From an uncultured Fibrobacteraceae bacterium (GTDB lineage: Bacteria > Krumholzibacteriota > Krumholzibacteriia > LZORAL124-64-63), in the NCBI GenBank assembly GCA_964476155.1, contig CAYYYS010000009.1, positions 18,147 through 82,146 on the forward strand: a stretch of DNA of 64,000 bases, written 5' to 3'. Shown in pieces: positions 17,877-27,101 of the stretch. The translations under genes were made by a program, and so were the position numbers. How positions within the stretch are numbered: the stretch's first letter is position 1; each line of letters begins with the position of its first letter. The notes under the pieces are model-generated. The model was not told the origin of the DNA, did not search any database, and was given only the letters and a program-made list of their open reading frames with translations.

Positions 17877-19940
17877 ATGAAGACGATCGCCCCCTGTCTG
17901 TTTATTTGCACCTTGGCCCTGTTCGCCTGCGCGCCGGCCACCGCCGCCGACCGCGAGGACTTCACCGTGGAGGCGTTTCTCCAGGTACCCATCGTCACAT
18001 CGCCGGTCGTTTCACCCGACGGCGCACGCGTGGCCTATCTCCAGCGCGGACGCGACCTGGAGGAGGATGTCTACGAGTACTTCCTGTGGGTTGCGGACCT
18101 GGAGAGCGGCAAGACCCGCCAGATCAGTTTCGACGGCACACGGATCTCCGGCCTGGGTTGGCGTCCCGACGGCGCCCTGAGTTTTCGCGCCAAACGCGAC
18201 GAGGCCTCCCAGGTATGGATCAACCCACTCGATGGTTCGGAGCCGCGACCGGTGACCGATCTGGCCGACGGTGTGCACGCCTATTGGTGGGCGCCCGACG
18301 GGCAGTCGCTCGCAGTGCTGGCGTCGCCGGCCGAGGATGAAGCCGAGGAAGAGGATGAGGACGCCGTCGACGAAGACCGTGCCGACTGGACCGTCTTCGA
18401 TCGGCTCGAGCAACCCGACGAGTTCGACCAGGTGTGGATCGTGGACGTTCTGCCCGACGGCCCCGCCGACACCGAGCCCCGTCAGCTTACCGAAGCGCCT
18501 CTGAATCCCCAGCACGTGGCCTGGTCGCCCGACGGCAAGCAGCTGGCCGTCACCTACAACGCGCGCTTTTCCGGCCTGGTGGACGAAGAACAGCGCGTCG
18601 GCCTGCTCGATATCGACAGCGGCGAGCTGACCCTGATCAGCGACCCCGACCGTCACGCCTCCCTGGCGGCGTTCAGCCCCGACGGCCGCAGCCTGGCCTA
18701 CTACATGGACCGTGCCGACGATCTGCGCGCCTATCTGAATCTCAAGGACCTCTTCATCTGCGACCTGCGCGATGGTGAGACCCGGGACCTCACGCCCGAC
18801 ACGCAGCTCTGTCTCTCGGGATACGGGTCTACGCCCGCCGATCCGCCCTTCTGGTCGGCCGACGGCCGGCGTATCTATCTGCGCGTGTCCGATCGGCGCG
18901 ACATGAACGTCTTCAGCATCGACGCGCGCAACGGCGAGATGACCCAGACGACCCGGCACGCGGGCAACGTGAGCGGTCTACACATGGCCGGCGACGTGCT
19001 GGCCTACGTGGAGAGCGAACTGCATCGTCCCGGCGCCATCTGGGCCGGCAAGCCCGGGCAGACCCGCCAATTGGTCGACACAGACATAGAGGTAGCGGCC
19101 TACGACCTGATCCCGCCCACCCGCCTCGACCTGCCCGGCCACGATGGCCTCACGGTCGAGGGCTTTCTCTTCCTGCCGCCCGGCAAGGACGCGCAGGACG
19201 GTCCGTTCCCCTTCATCATGGAGATGCACGGCGGGCCTTTCTCGCGTTACGGCAATTCCTGGACGACCCGTTATCCCTGGCAGGTCCTGTCGCACAAGGG
19301 CTACGCGGTCTTCATCGCGAATCCGCGCGGCGGCACCGCCTACGGCCAGGACTTCCTGCGCGGCGTCTATCGCAACTACGGCACCGACGACTACCTGGAC
19401 CTGATGGCCGCCTGCGACGCCTTGGTCGAGCGCGGCATCGCCGATCCGGAGCGCATGGGTTTCACGGGCTACAGCTATGGCGGTCTGTCGACGAACAACG
19501 TCATCTCGCGCACCGATCGCTTCGCCGCCGCCGTGTCGATCGCCGGCATCTTCAATTACGTGTCGGCCATGGGGCAGAGCAATCCGCAGCTCTTCATCGA
19601 CAGCTATCGTCAGCCCTGGGCCGGCGACCTGCAACGCATGTGGGAACACAGCCCGGTCTCGCGGGCCGGCAACCTGGTGACACCGACCCTGGTCATGCAC
19701 GGCACCGAAGACCTGCCCGTCGACCCGCGCCAGTCCATCGAACTGTTCAGCTATCTCCAGCTCAACGGCGCGCCTAGTCGGCTGGTCCTGTATCCGGGGG
19801 AGGGCCACGGCATCAACCGGCCGAGTCACATGCTCGACTACGAGACCCGCGAGCTCGCGTGGTTCGATCACTATCTGCTCGGTGACGAGGACGCCGAGGG
19901 CGCCGCGATGCCGGAGCCCGTGGAGGAGACGGTTCGCTGA
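17877..19940 (+). CDS. S9 family serine peptidase (prolyl oligopeptidase / acylaminoacyl-peptidase-like) with N-terminal beta-propeller. Secreted.
   Basis: Signal peptide MKTIAPCLFICTLALFACAPATAA. Propeller repeats SPDG. Nucleophile elbow GYSYGG. C-terminal alpha/beta-hydrolase residues D and H. Confidence 0.85.
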   Translation: MKTIAPCLFICTLALFACAPATAADREDFTVEAFLQVPIVTSPVVSPDGARVAYLQRGRDLEEDVYEYFLWVADLESGKTRQISFDGTRISGLGWRPDGALSFRAKRDEASQVWINPLDGSEPRPVTDLADGVHAYWWAPDGQSLAVLASPAEDEAEEEDEDAVDEDRADWTVFDRLEQPDEFDQVWIVDVLPDGPADTEPRQLTEAPLNPQHVAWSPDGKQLAVTYNARFSGLVDEEQRVGLLDIDSGELTLISDPDRHASLAAFSPDGRSLAYYMDRADDLRAYLNLKDLFICDLRDGETRDLTPDTQLCLSGYGSTPADPPFWSADGRRIYLRVSDRRDMNVFSIDARNGEMTQTTRHAGNVSGLHMAGDVLAYVESELHRPGAIWAGKPGQTRQLVDTDIEVAAYDLIPPTRLDLPGHDGLTVEGFLFLPPGKDAQDGPFPFIMEMHGGPFSRYGNSWTTRYPWQVLSHKGYAVFIANPRGGTAYGQDFLRGVYRNYGTDDYLDLMAACDALVERGIADPERMGFTGYSYGGLSTNNVISRTDRFAAAVSIAGIFNYVSAMGQSNPQLFIDSYRQPWAGDLQRMWEHSPVSRAGNLVTPTLVMHGTEDLPVDPRQSIELFSYLQLNGAPSRLVLYPGEGHGINRPSHMLDYETRELAWFDHYLLGDEDAEGAAMPEPVEETVR

Positions 19941-20012
19941 GTGGCGAGCGGAAACAAAGACTAGTACCGTCTTGTAATGACGAGACACCTGAACTCAAGG
20001 GGGAACACGACA

Positions 20013-20378
20013 ATGAGGATTCTACTCACGACGACCGCGCTGCTGGTCCTGACCATCGCCATAGCCGCTGCCGCGCCCACCGGCGCCTAGCTGGATCTCG
20101 AAAACTGCGCCATGTGCAAAAACCTGACCGACGATCAGGAGCTCTTTGAAGGCATGGTGTGGGACAACCAGCTCTTCGCCAACGGAATGGTGGAGATCAC
20201 CACCGTTTCCACTCATTTCGAAAAGCGTTTCGAGAAACTCATGGGCAAGATGCAGGCGACCGGCAACAGGATGATGGCCGGCGAGCGGCTGCCCATGTGC
20301 GGCATGTGCCAGTCCTACGGCGGACCATCCTTGTGGGTGGTCCGCCTCTTTGCCGGCTCTACCGATAGTAAGCTTTGA
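20013..20378 (+). pseudogene. Small secreted CxxC...CxxC protein interrupted by an in-frame amber codon at the signal-peptide junction (TAG 20088-20090). The downstream part could alternatively be a stand-alone 88-aa CDS from ATG 20112.
   Basis: AAGGGGGAA RBS, then MRILLTTTALLVLTIAIAAAAPTGA*, continuing in frame LDLENCAMCKNLT...LPMCGMCQSYGG. TAG, TGA and TAA are all used as stops elsewhere in the window, so the standard code applies. Confidence 0.4.
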
Positions 20379-20853
20379 TCAGGCCCCAGTTCGCAGGTAC
20401 ATCGGGCTGATCAGCCACGCCCGTGGTGCCATCGAGACAGCCCGAATCGTTTGCGGCGCTGAAGATGGCCGGGCCGCTCTGGCCCACCTCTCCGACTGTG
20501 AAGACCGTGTCCACCTCGAGCCAACCCATCGCTTCGTAGTCAAACCAGCGGAAACGCAAGGTCCATGTCCCGGCCGGCACGTTTTCGACCGTGTTTTCGA
20601 GATCGAAACAGCAGATGCAGTAGCACTGCGGATTCACTTCGGTTTCGGTGATCACCAGGCGGTCGTTCTGCCAGTCCAGGGCATAGTCGAAGGGGTCGTG
20701 GCAGCAATTGTAGAGAGCCGCGTCGTGAAAGACGGTCACATCGGCGCCATCCACTTCCACGTGGATCACGTCGCCGTTCTCGCACGAGTTGTCCTGGGCC
20801 GACGCGGCGGACAGGGTTGCCAGCAGGGTGATCAGGATCAGCATCGTCTTCAT
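20359..20853 (-). CDS. Secreted Cys-motif protein, paralog 1 of an uncharacterised family (NCC ... CxCxCCFDL).
   Basis: Signal peptide MKTMLILITLLATLSAASA. Shares motifs with the adjacent gene: FHDAALYNCCHDP, NPQCYCICCFDLENT, SGCLDGTTG, IKAYY. Confidence 0.6.
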   Translation of the reverse strand: MKTMLILITLLATLSAASAQDNSCENGDVIHVEVDGADVTVFHDAALYNCCHDPFDYALDWQNDRLVITETEVNPQCYCICCFDLENTVENVPAGTWTLRFRWFDYEAMGWLEVDTVFTVGEVGQSGPAIFSAANDSGCLDGTTGVADQPDVPANWGLIKAYYR

Positions 20854-20872
20854 GTCGTCCCCCCGGATCGGT

Positions 20873-21382
20873 TCAGTGGTAGATGGCCTTGATGTCGCTC
20901 CATGTCGTGCTCCGGGGCTCGGGTTCGGTCGGCACGCCCGTCGTATCGAGACAGCCCGAGTTGGCCGATACGGGAGCGCCGTGTACGAAGCCCTGTCCCA
21001 CGTCGGGTACGGTGATCTGGCCGTGCCAGTCGATCCAGACGTGGGTTTCCTCGTCCAGCCAGGAGAAGGTGACCTGCCAGGGGCCCGGTTGGGCGTCGGG
21101 GATCGTCACGCCGAGGTCGAAGCAGCAGTTGCAGTCGCAGGGCGGATCGGCCGCCACGTGCTCGACGATGAACAGGGTCGCGTCGCCGAAGTGGACCTCG
21201 TAGGTGATCGGCTCGGGGCAGCAGTTGTACTGGGCCCCGTCGTGGAAGAGGTGCAGGTCGCTGGTGGCGGGATCGATCTCTACGCGGACCTCGTCGGTGC
21301 CGTTGCACCAGAGGTAGTCGTCGGCGGTGGCTGGCGCGACGAACAGAGTGAGCGTGAACAGCACTGACAGAATTGAACGCAT
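20873..21382 (-). CDS. Secreted Cys-motif protein, paralog 2 of the same uncharacterised family.
   Basis: Signal peptide MRSILSVLFTLTLFVAPATA after GGGAGGGA. Motifs FHDGAQYNCCPEP, DPPCDCNCCFDLGVT, SGCLDTTG, IKAIYH. Collinear with paralog 1. Confidence 0.6.
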   Translation of the reverse strand: MRSILSVLFTLTLFVAPATADDYLWCNGTDEVRVEIDPATSDLHLFHDGAQYNCCPEPITYEVHFGDATLFIVEHVAADPPCDCNCCFDLGVTIPDAQPGPWQVTFSWLDEETHVWIDWHGQITVPDVGQGFVHGAPVSANSGCLDTTGVPTEPEPRSTTWSDIKAIYH

Positions 21383-21774
21383 GGATCCCTCCCAGGCCAT
21401 GGGTTCCGGCGGGGGCGGCATTATGAACAGATGATATCGATATTCACGGAAATCGTCAAGAGGTTGTCTGTAACCCTCACGATGACTTGGGCTTACCTCC
21501 GCCGGAGGTGAGCAGCCACCCCATCAAAACGCCGAAAAGCACGGCGGTGACGGGATTGCCGGTGACGCCTCAGGTGGAGCCGGCGCAGCGCTGCCAGTAG
21601 TGGAAGGCGTAGCCGGCGGCGGCGCCGGCGGTGGGGCCGATCAGTTTCTTGAGGATTTTGTTCGCGTTCATCCCAACAAGATCGGCCAATACTCCGGAAA
21701 AGCAAAGAGCGACGGTTTCAACCGTCCCTCATATGCGCCGGGCTCGGGCTACCAGTACTCCGCCGACGGTCGAC

Positions 21775-23136
21775 TCAACGCAGCGGTGTTTCCGACTCTG
21801 CCAGCGCCCACAGCAATGCCGCCACCACCGCCACGTTTTGCTGCAGGTCGGCGGGGTTCACCTTGTCGATCGTGTCGGACGGACTGTGGTGATAGGTGAA
21901 GTAATCGGGGTTGTCGGTGCGATGGCCGATCAGCGGCACACCGGCGTCGGCCATGAACGAGATGTCCACGCCGCCCCAGCCCGCGGTGACCGACGCGGCG
22001 CCGAAGGATTCCAACGGCTTCGTCAGCTCGGCCAGCTTCGCGATGGACAACGAATCCCCGTTCACGGTGAAGCCGCGCGGCGGGAAGCCGCCCGAGTCGG
22101 ACTCGATGGCAGCCACGTGATTCGCCAGCTCGTCGGCATGGTCGGCGGCGTAGGCCTTGCCGCCGGTCTGGGTCATCTCCTCGTCGGCGAAGAGGACCAC
22201 GCGGATGGTGCGGCGCGGTTGCAGGCCCATCCGTTGTAGCAGCGCGGCGGCTTCCATGGCGATCACACAGCCGGCGCCGTCGTCGTGGGCGCCGCAGCCC
22301 GCGTCCCACGAGTCGAGGTGACCGGAGACCACGACGATCTCCTCGGGATGCTCGCGCCCGGTCAGCTCTCCGATCACGTTGGCCGACAGGACGTCTTCGT
22401 GCCATTTTGCGGCCATTTCCAGCCTCACACGGACAGGCAAGCCGCGATCGAACTGGCGATGTAGCCGGGCCGCGTCCTCCACCGCCAGGGCGGCGGCGGG
22501 GATGCGCTGGATGGTGTCGCCCTCGTCGTAGCTCATGACTCCCGTATGGGGCGTGCAGTCGCGGGCGTGGGTGACCGAACGGATCAGGCAGCCCACCGCG
22601 CCGTGCTTGGCGGCGGCGATGGCGCCGCGTACCCGATATTGCACCGTGCGGCCGTAGCCGTCCCAGGGTGCGTCGAACAGGACGATGCGACCGGCGGCCT
22701 CGTCGGCGCGCGTCTCGAGTTCGTCGAAATCGCTCACGGCCAGCACGTCGGCCTCGACCCCGCCCGGCGGCGTCCCCACGCTGCCGCCCAGTCCGATCAT
22801 CGTGAGTCGTGATTGATGGGGCTCCAGCAGCCAGGCCGACTCGTCGCCCCGCACCCAGTGGGGCACCAGGACCGGTTCGCGGCGCACGTTGACCAGTCCC
22901 GCGTCGGTCATCCGGTCGATCGCCCACTCGACCGCCAACTCGTAGTTGGCCGAGCCGCTCAGGCGCGCGCCGGCCACATCGCACAGCTCCTCCAGCAACG
23001 CGTAGGCGGAACTGTCGGTCATGGCCGTTTCGAGGACGTGTTGCATGACCAGGGGGACGGGGTCGTGATCGGGCTCGATCGAAGAGGCGAACAGGGGCGT
23101 GGCGATCACGAGTGTCAGCACGAGGATACGGATCAT
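21775..23136 (-). CDS. M28 family metallopeptidase (aminopeptidase). Secreted.
   Basis: Signal peptide MIRILVLTLVIATPLFASS. PA-domain-like insert. M28 zinc-ligand region HLDSWDAGCGAHDDGAG. EE pair in ADEEM. Confidence 0.85.
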   Translation of the reverse strand: MIRILVLTLVIATPLFASSIEPDHDPVPLVMQHVLETAMTDSSAYALLEELCDVAGARLSGSANYELAVEWAIDRMTDAGLVNVRREPVLVPHWVRGDESAWLLEPHQSRLTMIGLGGSVGTPPGGVEADVLAVSDFDELETRADEAAGRIVLFDAPWDGYGRTVQYRVRGAIAAAKHGAVGCLIRSVTHARDCTPHTGVMSYDEGDTIQRIPAAALAVEDAARLHRQFDRGLPVRVRLEMAAKWHEDVLSANVIGELTGREHPEEIVVVSGHLDSWDAGCGAHDDGAGCVIAMEAAALLQRMGLQPRRTIRVVLFADEEMTQTGGKAYAADHADELANHVAAIESDSGGFPPRGFTVNGDSLSIAKLAELTKPLESFGAASVTAGWGGVDISFMADAGVPLIGHRTDNPDYFTYHHSPSDTIDKVNPADLQQNVAVVAALLWALAESETPLR

Positions 23137-23149
23137 GGCGACCTCCGGG

Positions 23150-24037
23150 TCAGCTCAAGGTGACCAGCAATATACCGCAGATCGCCAGGAACGCGGCGGC
23201 GAATTTGCGTCGCGTGAACGCTTCATGCAGGAAGATCGAGGCGAAGATCAGCACGAAGATGGTGCTGGTCTGGTTGAGGATCGCGGCGATGCTCGCGTCG
23301 GTGTACTTCATGCCGCCCAACCAGAGCATGAGTGAAAAATAGGAGCCGAGGATGGTGGCGGGCAGCGCGAAGCGCCATTCGCGGCGGGGGCGGAACGTGT
23401 CCAGGTAGGCCCGTCGTCGCGGCGAGATCAGCGCCGCTACGATCATGAACGCCATGGCCCCGACCTGTCGTACCGTCGTGGCCCAGAGGACCGGTACGTC
23501 ATCGAGGACCGTCTTGGCGATCACCACGCCGAACGACAGGGCGAACATCGACCCGACCGCCCACAGGACGCCCTTGACCTGGGTGTTCCGGTCGTGCCCC
23601 CCGGGGGGCTTGATCCGCGAGGCCAGCAGCACGCCGCCGAGGATCAGGGCCATCCCCAACCCGTGCAGCGCCGACAGTCGCTCGCCGAGCAGGATGAACG
23701 CGAAGGCCACCACCAGCGGCGAGTACAGGCAGTCGATGATGGCGGTGATGCCCGCGCCGATGATGTTCAGGCCCTTGTGGAACATGGTGTCGGCCACGCC
23801 GACGGCGATCACGCCGCTGGCGATCAGCGTCAGGTAGACGTGCAGGGGCACGTCGGCCCGATAGAGGCCCTGTCCGGCCAGAAGCGTGGTGACGATCAAC
23901 AGCACGGAACTCACACCCACCCGGAACAGGTTCAGCGCAAAGGGAGAGTAGGTCTCACCCGCCCTTTTGATGAAGATGACCGCCGTCGCCCACACGATCG
24001 CGCAGCCCAGTGCGAAGAGTTCACCCATTCCGTGCAT
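23150..24037 (-). CDS. DMT superfamily (EamA-like) transporter.
   Basis: Ten predicted TM helices in two EamA-like halves. Start chosen at MHGMGELFALG; the ORF extends to 24088. Confidence 0.7.
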   Translation of the reverse strand: MHGMGELFALGCAIVWATAVIFIKRAGETYSPFALNLFRVGVSSVLLIVTTLLAGQGLYRADVPLHVYLTLIASGVIAVGVADTMFHKGLNIIGAGITAIIDCLYSPLVVAFAFILLGERLSALHGLGMALILGGVLLASRIKPPGGHDRNTQVKGVLWAVGSMFALSFGVVIAKTVLDDVPVLWATTVRQVGAMAFMIVAALISPRRRAYLDTFRPRREWRFALPATILGSYFSLMLWLGGMKYTDASIAAILNQTSTIFVLIFASIFLHEAFTRRKFAAAFLAICGILLVTLS

Positions 24038-24128
24038 CCTACCGGAAAGCCATTGCGTACTTGTATTTGCTGCCTGGTACCGGGACAATGGTACCGTTCC
24101 CGCAGGACATCAACCCCGGAGGTCGAAT

Positions 24129-24911
24129 ATGCCCATCCAGTATGTGGACCCGTTACGACGCGCCTGGGAACGCATGAGGTCCATGCTCTTCCGCCCGTTC
24201 AACCTGGAAGTCTGGATGGTGATGGGCTTCACCGCCTGGCTCGCTCGTCTCTGGGACAACGCGGGGATGGGGGGCGGCAACAAGTGGCGTAACGGCATCA
24301 ATGTCGATCAGGACGACACGGACTTCATCCTCCGGCGAGGCGCCGACCGGTGGGAAGTCGGCGATTTCGACCGGTGGGGCCTGGGCGGCATCGTGACCAT
24401 CGCCTTTATCCTGCCCGCCCTGTTTCTGGTCATTCCCATTGCCGAGGGAGGACTCTGGCGTGGCATCGGCGTCTTCGGTGCGGTCATGCTCGGTTTGCTC
24501 GGCGTGGGCCTGGGCATCGCGGCGACGCTCGTGAACTTCTGGACCGACCAGTTCGTCGTCCCGATCATGTACAAGCGCGGACTGACCATCCTGGACGGCT
24601 GGCGCACCTTCCTGCCGCTGTTGCAGAAGGAGATCGCGGCGCTGTTCCTCTACGCCCTGTTCTATCTGGCGCTGGCCGTCGGAGTGGGGCTGGCCGTGCT
24701 GACGGCCGGACTGGTCACCTGCTGTGTGGGCTGGCTGGTGCTGGCGATACCATACATCGGCACGGTCATCATGCTGCCGGTCTATGTGACGGGACGTGTG
24801 TTGGGACCGGAGTATTTAGGGCAATTCGGGGGAGAATACGGGTTGTGGGACGATGACGCGGTGATCGATGAATCCGCCGAGCCGGCGCCCCCTGTCGACG
24901 AGATCGAGTAG
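24129..24911 (+). CDS. Polytopic membrane protein, function unknown.
   Basis: GGAGG RBS before ATG 24129. MPIQYVDPLRRAWERMRSMLFRPFNLEVWMVMGFTAWLA, then ~5 TM helices and an acidic C-terminal tail. Confidence 0.55.
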   Translation: MPIQYVDPLRRAWERMRSMLFRPFNLEVWMVMGFTAWLARLWDNAGMGGGNKWRNGINVDQDDTDFILRRGADRWEVGDFDRWGLGGIVTIAFILPALFLVIPIAEGGLWRGIGVFGAVMLGLLGVGLGIAATLVNFWTDQFVVPIMYKRGLTILDGWRTFLPLLQKEIAALFLYALFYLALAVGVGLAVLTAGLVTCCVGWLVLAIPYIGTVIMLPVYVTGRVLGPEYLGQFGGEYGLWDDDAVIDESAEPAPPVDEIE

Positions 24912-24964
24912 GAGCTATACGTGTAGGAAAACGGCGAACGACCGCCGCTGTCGATCCGATCCGC

Positions 24965-25213
24965 TCAATCCAGGATCTCATCCTTCGCCAACCAGGGATT
25001 CCCCACCCCCGTCTCGCAATACTGCTTCAAGCTCTCCATATATCGGCCCCACTGATAATTACAGCTCGCGAAGAAATCGTTCGATTCCCGCCAGTCCCGA
25101 TGTCCGAACCGCAGCCGCGTCACGTCGCCGTCGGCCTCCAGGTCGAAAGTGATCACCGTGCCGACCCACTCGGGATGGGCCTCGTCCACGGACCAGCCGA
25201 CGCGCCGTTCCAA
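24965..25213 (-). pseudogene. SRPBCC/AHSA1-domain protein, C-terminal 82-aa fragment only.
   Basis: VITFDLEADGDVTRLRFGHRDWRES...NYQWGRYMESLKQYCE matches the C-terminal half of AHSA1-like SRPBCC proteins. In-frame stop immediately upstream. No N-terminal half in any frame of 25214-25640. Confidence 0.45.
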
Positions 25214-25679
25214 TAAATATCATGTTCGCCGTCAGGGCGCATCTCCCGAAGCAGGGTCGTACGGTTCGTCGTTGCGGGTCGACAAGAGCATCGTAGCCTA
25301 CGCGGCGCGGGGAGGTGGTCTGGACACCACGCAGGAGGACACTCTGCGGGTTGGTTGATCCGACCTCTTTGGCAACATCGGCGGCGACGGTCTCGCAGAG
25401 GTCAGCCACAACTGGGACATATCTTCGAGGCCAACCCCCTGTTCCGGGACAGGGCGGGAGTCGACTACGGGCTGGACGATGATTCCCCCTGTGGGCCGGG
25501 GAACGGGACGGGGTGCGGCGTGATCGGAGCCTACTCGACAACCAGCGTTCCCGGCCCGACCGGTCAGTGATTGCAGGCATTGTCACCTACCGGTTCGGCC
25601 TCTCTGGGGTTGCCGGTTGAGCGGTAGCCCCCGAATCGAGTGAATGCTAGACTCCTTTCCACCCAGAAAAGGAGCCTCC

Positions 25680-27101
25680 ATGCGCCGCACCAGAATCGTC
25701 TGCACCGTCGGCCCCGCCACCCGCTCGCGCGAGATGCTCGAGCGTCTCATGCGCGCCGGTCTGGACGTCGTCCGCCTGAACTTCTCCCACGGCTCGCGCG
25801 AGGCCAAGCTCGACACCATCCGCGACATACGCGAAGTGGCGGCCAAGCTGGATCGCCCGGTCGCCATCCTGCAGGATCTGGCGGGTCCCAAGATCCGCAT
25901 CGGCACCTTCGCAAACGGGCCGGTGAGGATCGAAGCCGGTGGCCGGTTCACCCTCACCTCGCGCGACGTGCCCGGCGATGCCGACGAAGTCTCCCTCGTC
26001 TACAAGGATCTCCCCGACGACGTGTCGGTCGGCGATACCCTCCTGCTGGCCGACGGCGCCCTCAACCTGAGCGTCGAGTCGGTCGGCGGACCGGACATCC
26101 ACTGCCGCGTCATCGTCGGCGGCGAGCTGAATTCCAACAAGGGCATCAATCTGCCCAGCGGCACCATCAGTGCGCCCATCCTCGACGAAAAGGACCTGGC
26201 CGACCTGCGCTTCGGGCTGGAGAACGGTGTCGATTACGTGGCCCTGTCCTTCGTGCGCAACGCCGCGGATGTGCGTCTGTGCCTGGCGGCCATGGACGAG
26301 GCCGGCTGCCACGCGCCGGTGATCGCCAAGATCGAGCAGCGCGAGGGAATCGATCATTTCACCGAGATCATACCCCTGGTGGACGGCGTCATGGTCGCTC
26401 GCGGCGACCTGGGCGTGGAGATCCCCATGGAGCAGGTGCCGTCCGTACAGAAGTCGCTCATCTACGAGACCAACGTCATGGCGAAACCCGTGATCACCGC
26501 CACGCAGATGCTGCGCTCGATGGTCGAGAGCCCACAGCCGACCCGCGCCGAGGTGTCGGACGTGGCCAATGCCGTGCTTGACGGCAGCGACGCGATCATG
26601 CTGTCGGAGGAGACCGCTGTCGGCGCGTATCCGATCGAAGCGGTGGAAGCCATGGCGCGTATCGCCGAGGCCGCCGAGGCTGCCTTCCCCTACAAATCCT
26701 GGCGAAGCCGCTGGATCGAACAGAAGTCGGTCACCACCGCCGAAGCTGTCGCCCGCTCCGCGGTGCGCATGGCCCTCGCGGTGGACGCCGCCGCCATCCT
26801 CTGTCTTACCCGCTCGGGCAGCACCGCGCGGCTCGTGGCCAAGCATCGACCGCCACAGCCCATCCTGGCCATGACCGACAATGAGACTACCTGGCGTCGC
26901 CTGGCCCTGGTCTGGGGAGCGGTGCCGATCATAGCGGAGCCGCGGGATGATCTGGACGAGCTCGAGGGGGATGCCTTGCAGAAGGCGGTAGAGTATGGCT
27001 ACTGCAAGCCCGGGCAGACAGTCGTTGTCACGGCCGGGCTGCCGCTGCAGCAGACCGGCACGACCAACCTGATCAAGATCGTGGTTATTCCTGAGGGTTA
27101 A
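25680..27101 (+). CDS. pyk: Pyruvate kinase.
   Basis: MRRTRIVCTVGPAT, NFSHG, MVARGDLGVEIP, SEETAVGAYP motifs. 473 aa. GGAG RBS. Confidence 0.92.
   Translation: MRRTRIVCTVGPATRSREMLERLMRAGLDVVRLNFSHGSREAKLDTIRDIREVAAKLDRPVAILQDLAGPKIRIGTFANGPVRIEAGGRFTLTSRDVPGDADEVSLVYKDLPDDVSVGDTLLLADGALNLSVESVGGPDIHCRVIVGGELNSNKGINLPSGTISAPILDEKDLADLRFGLENGVDYVALSFVRNAADVRLCLAAMDEAGCHAPVIAKIEQREGIDHFTEIIPLVDGVMVARGDLGVEIPMEQVPSVQKSLIYETNVMAKPVITATQMLRSMVESPQPTRAEVSDVANAVLDGSDAIMLSEETAVGAYPIEAVEAMARIAEAAEAAFPYKSWRSRWIEQKSVTTAEAVARSAVRMALAVDAAAILCLTRSGSTARLVAKHRPPQPILAMTDNETTWRRLALVWGAVPIIAEPRDDLDELEGDALQKAVEYGYCKPGQTVVVTAGLPLQQTGTTNLIKIVVIPEG

Noticed and set aside
20088-20090. In-frame TAG as pyrrolysine or other amber reassignment. 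Likewise TGA at ~21571 as a general recoding signal.
   Set aside because: TAG, TGA and TAA all terminate well-supported genes in this window (e.g. tricorn ends with TAG, msrA with TGA, pyk with TAA). No pyl or sel machinery is visible. These are treated as local anomalies only.
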